Positions 18,167-27,915 of a stretch of 55,439 bases of DNA are shown here, one piece after another. Numbering within the stretch: position 1 is the stretch's first letter; each line of letters opens with the position of its first letter. The position numbers and the translations under genes were made by a program. Source of the stretch: Nanobdellota archaeon (GTDB taxonomy: Archaea; Nanobdellota; Nanobdellia; Woesearchaeales; WJIZ01); the NCBI GenBank assembly GCA_023140175.1, contig JAGLMD010000059.1, positions 1 through 55,439 of the forward strand, given 5' to 3'. Under the pieces are notes generated by a model. The model was not told the origin of the DNA. It made no database searches and saw only the letters and a list, made by a program, of their open reading frames with translations.

Positions 18167-19465
18167 ATGAATATTGCAGTTATAGGAACTGGTTATGTTG
18201 GATTAGTTGTGGGTACATGCTTGTCTGATTTAGGGAACGATATAATCTGTGCAGATATAAATGAAGAGAAGGTAAAGCTGCTAAATAATGGTGGAGTACC
18301 AATCTACGAGCCAGGACTGGAAGAAATGCTCAAGAGGAATATAAAAGGGGGCAGAATCAAATTTACTAGTGATATAAAAACCGCAATAGAAAAATCTTTG
18401 GCGATATTTATTGCTGTCGGCACCCCGCCCGGAAAGAATTATGAAGCTGATCTTTCTGCTGTTAAGGCCGTAGCTAAAAGCATCGGTGAATATATGGATG
18501 ATTATAAGGTAATTATAGATAAAAGCACAGTTCCTGTGGGGACTGCTGATATGGTGGCTAAGATTATCAAAGATAACCAAAAAGATGCTATTGATTTTGA
18601 TGTTGTTTCCAATCCTGAATTTTTAAGAGAAGGAGAAGCGTTAGGTGATTTTACTAATCCAGATAGGATTGTTGTCGGAACAAAGTCTGAAAAGGCCAGG
18701 AAGGTTATGGGAGATATATACAGGGGTGTGGCAAGGACAGACAAGCCTATACTTTTTACAGATGTCAAGAGTGCAGAAATGATAAAATATGCCAGTAATG
18801 CCATGCTTGCTACCAGGATATCTTTTATGAATGAAGTGGCACAGCTTTGCGAAAAAGCAGGGGCAGATGTCAAGATGGTTGCGAAGGGGATGGGGCTGGA
18901 TGATAGGATAGGGCCCAGATTTTTACAGGCAGGGGCAGGATACGGCGGCAGCTGCTTTCCAAAAGATGTGAATGCTTTTTTTGAGACTATGAAGGAAAAT
19001 GGTGTTAAAGGCATTATACTTGATGCAGTAGAAAAAGTTAATTATGAACAGAAAAGATCTTTATTACCTAAAATAAAGAAACTACTTCCAGATATTGGTG
19101 GAAAGAGGATAGCGATATGGGGCCTTGCTTTTAAGCCCAAAACAGATGATATGCGAGAAGCACCCTCTATCGTGGTAATAGAACAATTGCAGAGCGAAGG
19201 GGCAAAGATAGTTGCTTTTGATCCAGAGGCTGAAGAAACTGCTAAGAAAATACTAAAGGATGTTGAGTATGTTAAGAAACCATATGATGCTTTAAATGAA
19301 GCGGATGCTCTTGTTATAGTGACAGAATGGAATGAGTTTAGGGATCTAGACAAAGAGAAAATTAAGGATTTGATGAAATCACCTAATATAATAGATGGAA
19401 GAAATGTTTACGAGCCCGATGAGATGAGGGAAGCAGGATTTAATTATATAGGAGTAGGAAGATAG
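18167..19465 (+). CDS. ugd: UDP-glucose 6-dehydrogenase
   Basis: It has the N-terminal Rossmann motif IAVIGTGYVGLVVG, the catalytic region GGSCFPKD, and the C-terminal UDPG/MGDP dehydrogenase domain LAFKPKTDDMREAPS. Confidence 0.92.
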   Translation: MNIAVIGTGYVGLVVGTCLSDLGNDIICADINEEKVKLLNNGGVPIYEPGLEEMLKRNIKGGRIKFTSDIKTAIEKSLAIFIAVGTPPGKNYEADLSAVKAVAKSIGEYMDDYKVIIDKSTVPVGTADMVAKIIKDNQKDAIDFDVVSNPEFLREGEALGDFTNPDRIVVGTKSEKARKVMGDIYRGVARTDKPILFTDVKSAEMIKYASNAMLATRISFMNEVAQLCEKAGADVKMVAKGMGLDDRIGPRFLQAGAGYGGSCFPKDVNAFFETMKENGVKGIILDAVEKVNYEQKRSLLPKIKKLLPDIGGKRIAIWGLAFKPKTDDMREAPSIVVIEQLQSEGAKIVAFDPEAEETAKKILKDVEYVKKPYDALNEADALVIVTEWNEFRDLDKEKIKDLMKSPNIIDGRNVYEPDEMREAGFNYIGVGR

Positions 19466-19477
19466 ATAAATGATAAT

Positions 19478-20212
19478 ATGAAATCAATAATACTTGCTGC
19501 AGGTTATGCGACAAGGCTATGGCCACTTACAAAGGATAAGCCTAAGCCATTACTGGAGGTTAAAGGAAAACCAATAGTTGAACATATTATTAAGAAGATT
19601 GAGGCTATTTCCATTATAGATGAAATATTCATCGTTACTAATGACAAATTCTTTAGAAATTTTCTTGAATGGAACTCTTCGTTTGGTTCTAAGAAAAAAA
19701 TAACTATAGTTAATGATAAGACCTTCTCAAACGATGATAGATTGGGATCATTAGGAGATATAAAATTTGTTGTTGAGAATATTGATGTTGTTGATGATGT
19801 GATGGTTGTTGCAGGTGATAATTTATTTGAGTTTTCCCTTATTCCGGTTATGGACATGTATGCAGAAAAGAAGAAAGCTATTGTTGCTCTTTATGATGTC
19901 AAAGATATTGAGCTTGCCAAACAGTATGGTATAGTCGCTGTTGATAGTGGCAATAAAATTGTGGATTTTGAGGAAAAGCCGCAGCAGCCCAAATCTACTT
20001 TGTCTTCTACCGGCATATATGTCTATCCAAAAACAACTGTAGAAAAACTCATAAAATTTGTAGATGATGATGGGAAGAAAGATAAGGCTGGCGATTTTCT
20101 GGAATGGATGTATAAACAGGAAGATGTTTATTGTTATGTTACAAAAGAAAAATGGTTTGATATAGGTACACTTGACCAGCTTGAAAAAGCAAAAGAGGAA
20201 TTTGGGGGTTAA
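19478..20212 (+). CDS. Sugar-1-phosphate nucleotidyltransferase, probably glucose-1-phosphate uridylyl/thymidylyltransferase
   Basis: It has the motif [22 protein letters not shown] and lies between ugd and UXS. Confidence 0.8.
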   Translation: MKSIILAAGYATRLWPLTKDKPKPLLEVKGKPIVEHIIKKIEAISIIDEIFIVTNDKFFRNFLEWNSSFGSKKKITIVNDKTFSNDDRLGSLGDIKFVVENIDVVDDVMVVAGDNLFEFSLIPVMDMYAEKKKAIVALYDVKDIELAKQYGIVAVDSGNKIVDFEEKPQQPKSTLSSTGIYVYPKTTVEKLIKFVDDDGKKDKAGDFLEWMYKQEDVYCYVTKEKWFDIGTLDQLEKAKEEFGG

Positions 20213-20213
20213 T

Positions 20214-21149
20214 ATGAAAACGATACTTGTAACTGGCGGGGCAGGCTTTTTAGGCAGTCATCTATGTGATGCTCTTGTCACTGATAATAAAGTAATCTGT
20301 GTGGATAACTTCTTTACTGGTAATGAGAAGAATATAAAGCACTTAATAGGAAATCCGAATTTTAAGATGGTTTCTCATGATATTATAATGCCCTTGTTTA
20401 TTCCGGATGAGAAGATAGACCAAATATATAATCTGGCTTGTCCAGCCTCTCCTGTTCACTATCAGTTTAATGCTATAAGGACGATAAAAGCAAATGTTGT
20501 CGGAACTATGAATATTTTAGGATTGGCGAGACAGCATAATGCAAGAATTCTACAAGCATCTACATCAGAAGTATATGGCGACCCCCTGGAGCATCCACAA
20601 AAGGAAAGCTATAAAGGAAATGTAAACCCCATTGGGATAAGGGCATGTTATGATGAAGGGAAGAGGTGCGCAGAGACACTTATGTTTGATTATCATAGGC
20701 AGAATAAAGTTGATATAAAGGTTGTTAGAATTTTTAATACATATGGCCCAAGAATGGCTAAAGATGATGGGAGGGTTGTGTCTAATTTCATAACTCAAGC
20801 ACTAGCAGGAAAAGATATAACTGTTTATGGCGATGGAAAACAGACAAGAAGTTTCTGTTATGTTTCCAATCTGATTATGGGAATTGTTAATATGATGAAT
20901 CAGGATGAATTTATTGGGCCAGTTAATTTGGGAAATCCAAAGGAATTTACTATTTTAGAGCTTGCTCAGAAAATTATCGAAATGACAAAATCTGAATCAA
21001 AGATTATTTTTGAAAAATTGCCACAGGATGACCCAATACAAAGAAAGCCAGATATTACATTAGCTAAACAGAAGTTAGGATGGGAGCCTAAGATTGAATT
21101 AAGTGAGGGTTTAAGGACTACGGTTAGTTATTTTAAGGAAATTTTATAA
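20214..21149 (+). CDS. uxs: UDP-glucuronate decarboxylase (UDP-xylose synthase)
   Basis: It is near-collinear with UXS signatures: [50 protein letters not shown] and QTRSFCYV. The ATG at 20214 gives [17 protein letters not shown]. Confidence 0.92.
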   Translation: MKTILVTGGAGFLGSHLCDALVTDNKVICVDNFFTGNEKNIKHLIGNPNFKMVSHDIIMPLFIPDEKIDQIYNLACPASPVHYQFNAIRTIKANVVGTMNILGLARQHNARILQASTSEVYGDPLEHPQKESYKGNVNPIGIRACYDEGKRCAETLMFDYHRQNKVDIKVVRIFNTYGPRMAKDDGRVVSNFITQALAGKDITVYGDGKQTRSFCYVSNLIMGIVNMMNQDEFIGPVNLGNPKEFTILELAQKIIEMTKSESKIIFEKLPQDDPIQRKPDITLAKQKLGWEPKIELSEGLRTTVSYFKEIL

Positions 21150-21174
21150 AATATGCAGTCTTTTTCTAAAAATT

Positions 21175-22353
21175 ATGAAGAGATTAAAGGTATTGTTTTT
21201 AACATCATCTTATCCGACAAAGAAGAATATATCAGGACCTTTTATCAGGAATATTGCTAAAGGACTGGTGAGAAAAGGAATAGATGTCACAGTTATGATA
21301 TTCTCATCTTCCGGGAAACTTAACAAGAGGAAAGATGAAGGGATTACAGTTATTGAATACCCCTATTCTTTGTTTCTAAAGCCCGCTTTACACCTCTATA
21401 ATGGATTAATACCCACTATTAAAAAGAGTTTCCTGGCTAAAGTAGAGTTTCCATTGTATCTTTTTTTTACCAGCCATTATCTGAAAAAGATTTCAAAAGG
21501 CTTTGACATTATCCATGCACAATGGTATTTTCCCTCAGGCCTTATCGCTGCAAGATGTAAGTCATCTATTAAGAAGCCGCTGGTAACTACAGCCTGGGGT
21601 GCAGAATTTCATCTGCCAAATAGTTTTATTGTCAGGAAGTTATTGGAATATGTAAATAAAAAAAGCGACATCAGAGTTTCTGTCAGCAACTACCTAAAAT
21701 TAAGAGCTAGTGAATATTGGCTGGATACCAATGGGATGCTTATTGTTCCCAATGCTGTAGATATTAAACAATTTTCTCTGAAGAGAAAGAAATCAAAAAA
21801 GATCGTTATTGCAGCTATCAGAAGGCTGGTACCTGAAAAGAGGATACAGGATTTAATAAATGCTGTAGCAAAGCTCCCAATCAATCTGATAAATAAGATG
21901 AATTTATGGATTATAGGAGACGGTCCTGAGAGAGATAGGTTAGTCAGGTTGACTGAAGAGAGGGGGTTGAAAAATATTACTAGCTTCTTTGGTATGGTTT
22001 CCCATAAAGAGATTCCTAGTTTATTGAGCCAAATTGATATTTGTGTTAATCCAAGTGTTCAGGAGGGAATGGCCACAGCTAATATTGAAGCAATGGCTTC
22101 TGGAAGCTGTGTTATAGCTACAAGGGCAGTTGGAAATGATGAGGTTATAATTGATGGAGAGAATGGTTTTCTATATGAGCCAGAAGATGTGAATCAGCTA
22201 TCTATGATTTTAGAGAAATGCATCCGGAACTATCCTAAGAGAGTCTGCATTAATGCGAGAAAGCAGATTAAAGAAAATTTCTCGATTGAGAAGGTTGCTG
22301 ATGATTATATACTTATTTATAAGGATTTGATAAACAAGAGAGGGGGGAAATAG
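21175..22353 (+). CDS. Glycosyltransferase, GT4 (GT-B fold)
   Basis: The C-terminal motif is EGMATANIEAMASGSCVIATRAVGNDEVIIDGENGFL. Confidence 0.85.
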   Translation: MKRLKVLFLTSSYPTKKNISGPFIRNIAKGLVRKGIDVTVMIFSSSGKLNKRKDEGITVIEYPYSLFLKPALHLYNGLIPTIKKSFLAKVEFPLYLFFTSHYLKKISKGFDIIHAQWYFPSGLIAARCKSSIKKPLVTTAWGAEFHLPNSFIVRKLLEYVNKKSDIRVSVSNYLKLRASEYWLDTNGMLIVPNAVDIKQFSLKRKKSKKIVIAAIRRLVPEKRIQDLINAVAKLPINLINKMNLWIIGDGPERDRLVRLTEERGLKNITSFFGMVSHKEIPSLLSQIDICVNPSVQEGMATANIEAMASGSCVIATRAVGNDEVIIDGENGFLYEPEDVNQLSMILEKCIRNYPKRVCINARKQIKENFSIEKVADDYILIYKDLINKRGGK

Positions 22354-22359
22354 TTTACT

Positions 22360-23127
22360 TTAGCCCTTTTTCCCTATAACAATTATGTTTGTAGCTTTTT
22401 TCGAATTAAATAGAAAATCTATGCAAAATATTGGCCATGCTATGTTTAATAAGTAATAGTATTTTGGCATCGTTTTTTTCTTGACTATTCTATTTCTTTT
22501 TTTTGCTGCTTTTAGGTAAAGTGCAAAATAGAACCACTTTAGTAATGGATAAGCGAAATATCTTGTTTTTTTTATCCTAAAGCCTGCAGAGATCATTTTT
22601 TCCATAAGCTCTTTCCTGCTATATCTCCTGTAATGGCCCCATTTCTTGTCAAACTCTGTATAATACTTCATATTTATCGGTACGCTGATTATTGCAATCC
22701 CACCCGGCCTTAACAGGCTGTAGATATTTCTTATTGCTTTTGCATCATCTTTTATGTGTTCAATTACAGAATTTGTTACAACAAGGTCATATTTGCCTTT
22801 GTTTTTTATGTTGAATACATTGCTGGCATAGAAATTTACATTTTTCGGCTTTCTGCTTTTTGCCAGGTTAATAGCATTTGTGTCAAGATCATATGCATCT
22901 ACTTTATATCCTTTTTTTCCTAAGAATGCGGAGAGAAGACCGACACCACAGCCGATTTCACATATGTTCTTGATGTTCTTCTGCTTTTTTATATACTTTA
23001 ATAATATTGTTCTGCTGAATCTTTTTCTGGGGTTTATTGTATCTATCTTTATCTTCTTATGCCCCCATTCTCTGTAATACTGCTGGTTTTCTACATCAAA
23101 GCCGTTTCTTTGTTTTAATTCAGCCAA
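22360..23127 (-). CDS. Class I SAM-dependent methyltransferase with a hydrophobic C-terminal segment
   Basis: Motif I is ICEIGCGVGLLSAFL, and the post-I acidic residue is in DAYDLD. Confidence 0.8.
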   Translation of the reverse strand: MAELKQRNGFDVENQQYYREWGHKKIKIDTINPRKRFSRTILLKYIKKQKNIKNICEIGCGVGLLSAFLGKKGYKVDAYDLDTNAINLAKSRKPKNVNFYASNVFNIKNKGKYDLVVTNSVIEHIKDDAKAIRNIYSLLRPGGIAIISVPINMKYYTEFDKKWGHYRRYSRKELMEKMISAGFRIKKTRYFAYPLLKWFYFALYLKAAKKRNRIVKKKTMPKYYYLLNIAWPIFCIDFLFNSKKATNIIVIGKKG

Positions 23128-23165
23128 TTTGCAACTCCTCTAATTTTATCGTAGAGAAAATCTTT

Positions 23166-23840
23166 TCATACGTTTTTAAATTTTTTGTAGGCTGTCATAA
23201 TCTTCTTCAGCCAGAGCGCAATACCAAGAACAGCATATACCCACAAGAAATAATATCCAAAGTTGAATATCATCACAAACATAATTATAAAATATGTTAT
23301 CGGAGAGAAACCCACATAGTAATTAATTCCTTTGAATTTATATGTGTATTCTCTTACAACTTCCTTATATTTGCTGTTTATCAGTGCCCTACTGTAATGC
23401 ATAAACATGAAATTTGCAAATGCGATAAATCCAACTATAAGTGTAGCAACTTTTCCATTTTCCAGATATGTTCCTATAGTGATACCAAGGAAGAGGGCAT
23501 ATTCTCTAAGCCTGTCACACCATTCATCAAAAACACCGCCAAATGAACTTGAAATTCCTCTTAATCTTGCTACTTTGCCATCTGTAGCATCTACTACCAT
23601 GGATAGGTATATCAAGATAGATCCGATTAAGCGATTGGTAAATCCGCCGAATATGAATAATGCCCCCGAGACTAATCCCATTACGGTTGATATAAATGTT
23701 ATTTGATTTGGAGTTATCTTTGTTGGAACTAATATTTTAGTTATAGGAAGAGCAAGCCAGTTTAATGTTGCTGTACTTAAAGGATCTCTGCATTTTTTTA
23801 TTGATTTTTCTATATTTTGTTTTGCTGATTTCTTTGCCAT
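23166..23840 (-). CDS. CDP-alcohol phosphatidyltransferase family membrane protein (canonical motif)
   Basis: DATDGKVARLRGISSSFGGVFDEWCDRL matches D-x2-DG-x2-AR-x8-G-x3-D-x3-D. The protein has multiple TM segments. Confidence 0.85.
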   Translation of the reverse strand: MAKKSAKQNIEKSIKKCRDPLSTATLNWLALPITKILVPTKITPNQITFISTVMGLVSGALFIFGGFTNRLIGSILIYLSMVVDATDGKVARLRGISSSFGGVFDEWCDRLREYALFLGITIGTYLENGKVATLIVGFIAFANFMFMHYSRALINSKYKEVVREYTYKFKGINYYVGFSPITYFIIMFVMIFNFGYYFLWVYAVLGIALWLKKIMTAYKKFKNV

Positions 23841-23987
23841 CCTTGGTTTCTATCTTGTCTATAATAAAAACATTTCGGTTATCTGAAAAGGTAAGCCTTG
23901 TGTGTTTGTATTTTATGATATTGCTTTGCTTAATCTCTTTATTTAAATAAACAATATATTTTTAAATCTGGGTGGGTTTTTATAATT

Positions 23988-25787
23988 TTGATATATGAAG
24001 AAAAAATGGTGCTAAGGGTTTGTATTAGTGGATTGGGCAGAATTGGGAAAGGTGTTTTGAGAGTTAATAGTGCACAAACCGATGAGAATAGAAAATTTGA
24101 GGTTGTAGCTATAAAGGATGTAGTGCCCCTAGAAAACTTAGCATATCTTCTGAAACACGATAGTCTATATGGGCTTTTTGATAAAGAGGTGGGTGTAGAG
24201 GGAGATAATCTTGTTATAGATGGCAAAAAAATTCCATATTTTCAGACTCCTCATGCTAAAGATGTTCCTTGGGATAAGCTTAATGTAGACTATCTTATTG
24301 AGGCTTCTGGTAAAGTACCTCATAATGAGTTAAGGGGGCTTCTTGAAAAGAAGATAGTTAAGAAAGTAATCTGTACATGGAATGTTCCTGATGCTGATAT
24401 AACTCTTATTCAAGGTATTAATAATAGTGCATATATTCCTGATAAGCACAATTTAATATCTGTAAGTACTTGTACTGGTAATGGTTTAGTCCCTATTATG
24501 TATCTATTAGAGAAGCATTTTGGCGTGTCTTATGGACATATAGTCACCATTCATCCTGTGTTGAGTGACCAGAAATTGGTGGATGTACCTCATCAACTTT
24601 TTCATCTTGGAAGAATGGCAACTAGGTCTATAATACCCACAAGCACAAATGTGGTCAAATCTACTATTTTATTAATACCTTCTTTGAAAGGAAAATTAGA
24701 CTGTATATCTTATCGTGTTCCTACATCTATTGTGTCAGTTATTGATCTTAATGTTACTCTAGGAAGAGAAGTTACTAAAGAGGGACTTACCAGCCTTTTT
24801 GAGGGATATTCAAAGAAAGAGTTAAAGGGGATAATTAACTGTGATTATGGGTTTATGAAGCATAGGAAGGTCAGTATTGATTTTGTTAGGTCGATTTATT
24901 CCAGTATTCTGCTGATGCAGGAGATGCAAATTACTAATGGTAAAAACTTAAGCTTGTCTATAATGCATGATAATGAGTGGGCTTATTGTAATAGGGTTCT
25001 AGATGTTATTAATTTTATTAAATCATATGATAAAGAGATTACTTCGAGGTATTGTCTTGCTCTTGATTTTGATGGTGTTATTGTAAATAGTGTAGAAGAA
25101 TGCCTTCTTGTCGGCTATAATGCTTTTGCTGAATATAATAAGAAAGCAAAGAAAATACAGAGTCTAGATGACTTGGGTGATCAAACTCTTAAAAAATTAA
25201 AAAAGATGAGGAATTTTATTAAGTTTGGGGAAGACTATGTATATCTCAATCTTGCTCTTGCTGAAGGTATGAATATACGTAGCCAAGAAGCTTTCAATTC
25301 TTTTAAGAAGAAGCATATTGATTTACAGTCTGTTTTTTTTAACCTATTTTACGATGAAAGAGAATCCTTCTCAACTACTCACAAAGAGGAATGGCTTAAA
25401 TTAAATTCCTTCTATAATGGGATGAAAGAATTTCTTTTAAATTATAAGAATAAGAAGAATTTATTCATTATCTCTACTAAAAGAAAAGAATTTATCTTGA
25501 AAATACTTAAAGCAAATAGCATTAACATAAATGAGCAGAATATTTTTCATGCGAATGAGAAAAAAACAGACATAATCTCTGAAATTTTGATTAAGCGTAA
25601 AATAGCACCATCTGATTTCTATTTTGTTGATGATCAAGTTACCACTCTTTTAGATGTGAAAGCTATTGAAGTGAATTGTTTTCTTGCAGATTGGGGTTAC
25701 AATAGTTATGAGCAATATGAGTTTGCTTTGGACCATAATATCAAAAGCATTGAGATTGATGATTTTTTAGAACAGTTTCTGATATAA
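23988..25787 (+). CDS. Type-I (bacterial/eukaryotic-like) glyceraldehyde-3-phosphate dehydrogenase-like domain fused to a C-terminal HAD-like hydrolase domain
   Basis: It is collinear with GapA: ISGLGRIGKG, LLKHDSLYGLFD, the catalytic STCTGNGLVP (Cys retained), TIHPV (His retained), IIPTSTN, YRVPT and HDNEWAY. The C-terminal part carries HAD motif I, LALDFDGVIVNS, and a later FVDDQ. The likely true start is the ATG at 24006 (MVLRVCISG). Confidence 0.8.
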   Translation: MIYEEKMVLRVCISGLGRIGKGVLRVNSAQTDENRKFEVVAIKDVVPLENLAYLLKHDSLYGLFDKEVGVEGDNLVIDGKKIPYFQTPHAKDVPWDKLNVDYLIEASGKVPHNELRGLLEKKIVKKVICTWNVPDADITLIQGINNSAYIPDKHNLISVSTCTGNGLVPIMYLLEKHFGVSYGHIVTIHPVLSDQKLVDVPHQLFHLGRMATRSIIPTSTNVVKSTILLIPSLKGKLDCISYRVPTSIVSVIDLNVTLGREVTKEGLTSLFEGYSKKELKGIINCDYGFMKHRKVSIDFVRSIYSSILLMQEMQITNGKNLSLSIMHDNEWAYCNRVLDVINFIKSYDKEITSRYCLALDFDGVIVNSVEECLLVGYNAFAEYNKKAKKIQSLDDLGDQTLKKLKKMRNFIKFGEDYVYLNLALAEGMNIRSQEAFNSFKKKHIDLQSVFFNLFYDERESFSTTHKEEWLKLNSFYNGMKEFLLNYKNKKNLFIISTKRKEFILKILKANSININEQNIFHANEKKTDIISEILIKRKIAPSDFYFVDDQVTTLLDVKAIEVNCFLADWGYNSYEQYEFALDHNIKSIEIDDFLEQFLI

Positions 25788-25790
25788 TTT

Positions 25791-27128
25791 TTATTTCTTA
25801 GAAAAAAGAATTATATGCAGATCTGCTATATTTGTATTTGTGGGCTGAGTCAATATAAGGTTGTCTAATCTTTTTTGGAGCTCAAAGCTGTTGTTATCAT
25901 CCAAGAATTCCTGAATGTTTAGCCCTTTTTCTTTTGCTTTTTTATAAGTGTCATTATCTGCTATGGCTCCTCCGATCCCATCAATAAAATCTACACCATC
26001 AGAACCAATTGAAGCTACAACTATGTTTTTTAAGTCTTTAATCTCTTCGATTAATGCAGCAATATATTCCTGGTTTCTGCCACCCTTTCCTTTTCCTCTT
26101 ACTGTTACTGTGGTTTCGCCTGCGTATAATAAAGCATAAGTACAGTTTTGTGAATTGTATCTTTCTTTAATTAAGGAAGCAATTTTCTTGGCAGCTATTC
26201 TTGCTTCACCAACAACGTTTTCATTGTAAACTTCTGTCTTAAATTCCAAGGAATCTGCTTTTTCTTTCATGGCTTTTAATGCTAGTTTGTTGTCAGCTAG
26301 GATATAGTTGTGTACATCTCTTAGTATTTTATCATCTTTTTTTATTGTTTCTTCTGCTTCTCCAGCTATACCTTTCTTTATATACTCAACTATACTTTTT
26401 GGTGCTTTATCAAGCAGAGAATATTTTTTTAATATATTGTATGCTGTATTGAACGTGGCTTCGTCTGGCCATGTCGGACCAGAGGCTGTCGCATCTTTCG
26501 GATTTAATGTGTCGGAAATTATCAGTGTTATTACTTTTGCTGGCTGGAGGTATCTGGCAAGCTTTCCTCCTTTGATTTTTGAGATGTGTTTTCTTATTAC
26601 ATTTATCTCATAAACTTCTGCCCCGGATTTGAGCATGAGGGAGGTTAGTTCTTTTATTTCATCTAGAGTTATGCTTTCTATTGGGTAAGTCATAAGTGAA
26701 GAACCGCCGCCAGAGATTAAGCAGATAACTATATCTTCTTTAGTTAGATCTTTTGTTAGTTCTAGCATTTCTCTTACTCCAGAAATACTGCTTTTATCTG
26801 GTATAGGATGTGATGCTATGTTTATCTTGATTTTTTTTGTATTTTTGGGAGTTTTATCGTTTATAATTCCGCCAGAAATAATGTCTAAGGGAATGATTTT
26901 TTCTAATTCAATTGCCATAGCACCAGATGCTTTTCCTCCACCGATGATATATAACTTTCCTTTAGAGATATCATATTTATCTTCACGCACACTTAAAATA
27001 TTGTCTTTGAATTTTACGTGTTTGGGGATGAATTTTTCTGGTAGTACACTTTCTATACCATAAATAAGAATATCTAATGCTTTTTTTCTTAGAGTTGTAT
27101 CTACTAGTTCTTTATAATTCTTAATCAT
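25791..27128 (-). CDS. Glycerate 2-kinase / hydroxypyruvate reductase family (DUF4147 + MOFRL)
   Basis: It contains IIGGGKASGAMA, CLISGGGSSLM, KHISKIKGGKLA, AGETTVTVRGKGKGGRNQE and SIGSDGVDF...GGAI. Confidence 0.85.
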   Translation of the reverse strand: MIKNYKELVDTTLRKKALDILIYGIESVLPEKFIPKHVKFKDNILSVREDKYDISKGKLYIIGGGKASGAMAIELEKIIPLDIISGGIINDKTPKNTKKIKINIASHPIPDKSSISGVREMLELTKDLTKEDIVICLISGGGSSLMTYPIESITLDEIKELTSLMLKSGAEVYEINVIRKHISKIKGGKLARYLQPAKVITLIISDTLNPKDATASGPTWPDEATFNTAYNILKKYSLLDKAPKSIVEYIKKGIAGEAEETIKKDDKILRDVHNYILADNKLALKAMKEKADSLEFKTEVYNENVVGEARIAAKKIASLIKERYNSQNCTYALLYAGETTVTVRGKGKGGRNQEYIAALIEEIKDLKNIVVASIGSDGVDFIDGIGGAIADNDTYKKAKEKGLNIQEFLDDNNSFELQKRLDNLILTQPTNTNIADLHIILFSKK

Positions 27129-27847
27129 CTTGATTCTAGAATTGTATCTATCTTATCTTTTGCTATCTTAAGATCTTCAAAGTTATCTATTTCAACCCAT
27201 GGGAGTCCTTTTGTGCTGATGGCATAAACTTCAGAATCTTGTGACATTATTTCTACTGGTCTTACAAAAGAAGCATCAGGAGAGCCTGTTTTTACAAGGT
27301 TTTCCACTTCTTTATAATATTTCTTAGCTCCTTCTGCAGAAAACTTATAGATACCCATTGCCCAACCATTGCCATCTTGGGCTTTTTTACTGATTGCTTT
27401 TACTTTTCCATCTACTGTTTTTACTTTCATAGAATCATCAATTAACTCAATTTGATCGTCTACTGCTATTCCATTTTCGTATTTGCTATCAACTACTTCC
27501 TGTAATATACCTTTACTGAATATTATATCCGCATTAAAGAATATTATTCCATCTTTTATTTCATCTCTTGCCATCCATAATGAGAACATATTATCTGTTT
27601 TATAATAATCTTCGTTTGTATAATATTTTATTTTGCAATTCTTGTATTGTGTGCCAAATTTATTTTTTACAACGTCTGCTTTATATCCTATTATAAGAAT
27701 TACTTCTTTTATGCCGCATTCTGAGATGTTGTCTAGCATATACTCAAGAATTGTTTTTTCTCCAACAGTTATCAATGCTTTTGGGTATTTGTTTGTTAGA
27801 GGTCTTAGTCTTTTGCCTTCACCTGCCATACAAATTAGTGCTTTCAT
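27125..27847 (-). CDS. LicC/IPCT-like nucleotidyltransferase, probably a cytidylyltransferase for a phosphorylated small alcohol or acid
   Basis: It contains MAGEGKRLRPLTNKYPKALI and NMFSLW...IFFNADIIF. Its stop overlaps the start of the MOFRL gene (27125-27128). Confidence 0.75.
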   Translation of the reverse strand: MKALICMAGEGKRLRPLTNKYPKALITVGEKTILEYMLDNISECGIKEVILIIGYKADVVKNKFGTQYKNCKIKYYTNEDYYKTDNMFSLWMARDEIKDGIIFFNADIIFSKGILQEVVDSKYENGIAVDDQIELIDDSMKVKTVDGKVKAISKKAQDGNGWAMGIYKFSAEGAKKYYKEVENLVKTGSPDASFVRPVEIMSQDSEVYAISTKGLPWVEIDNFEDLKIAKDKIDTILESR

Positions 27848-27915
27848 TTTGGAAGAAGAATAGGATGATTACATTTAAATTTTACTATTTAGGCCATTAT
27901 ATTTAATAGAAACTT

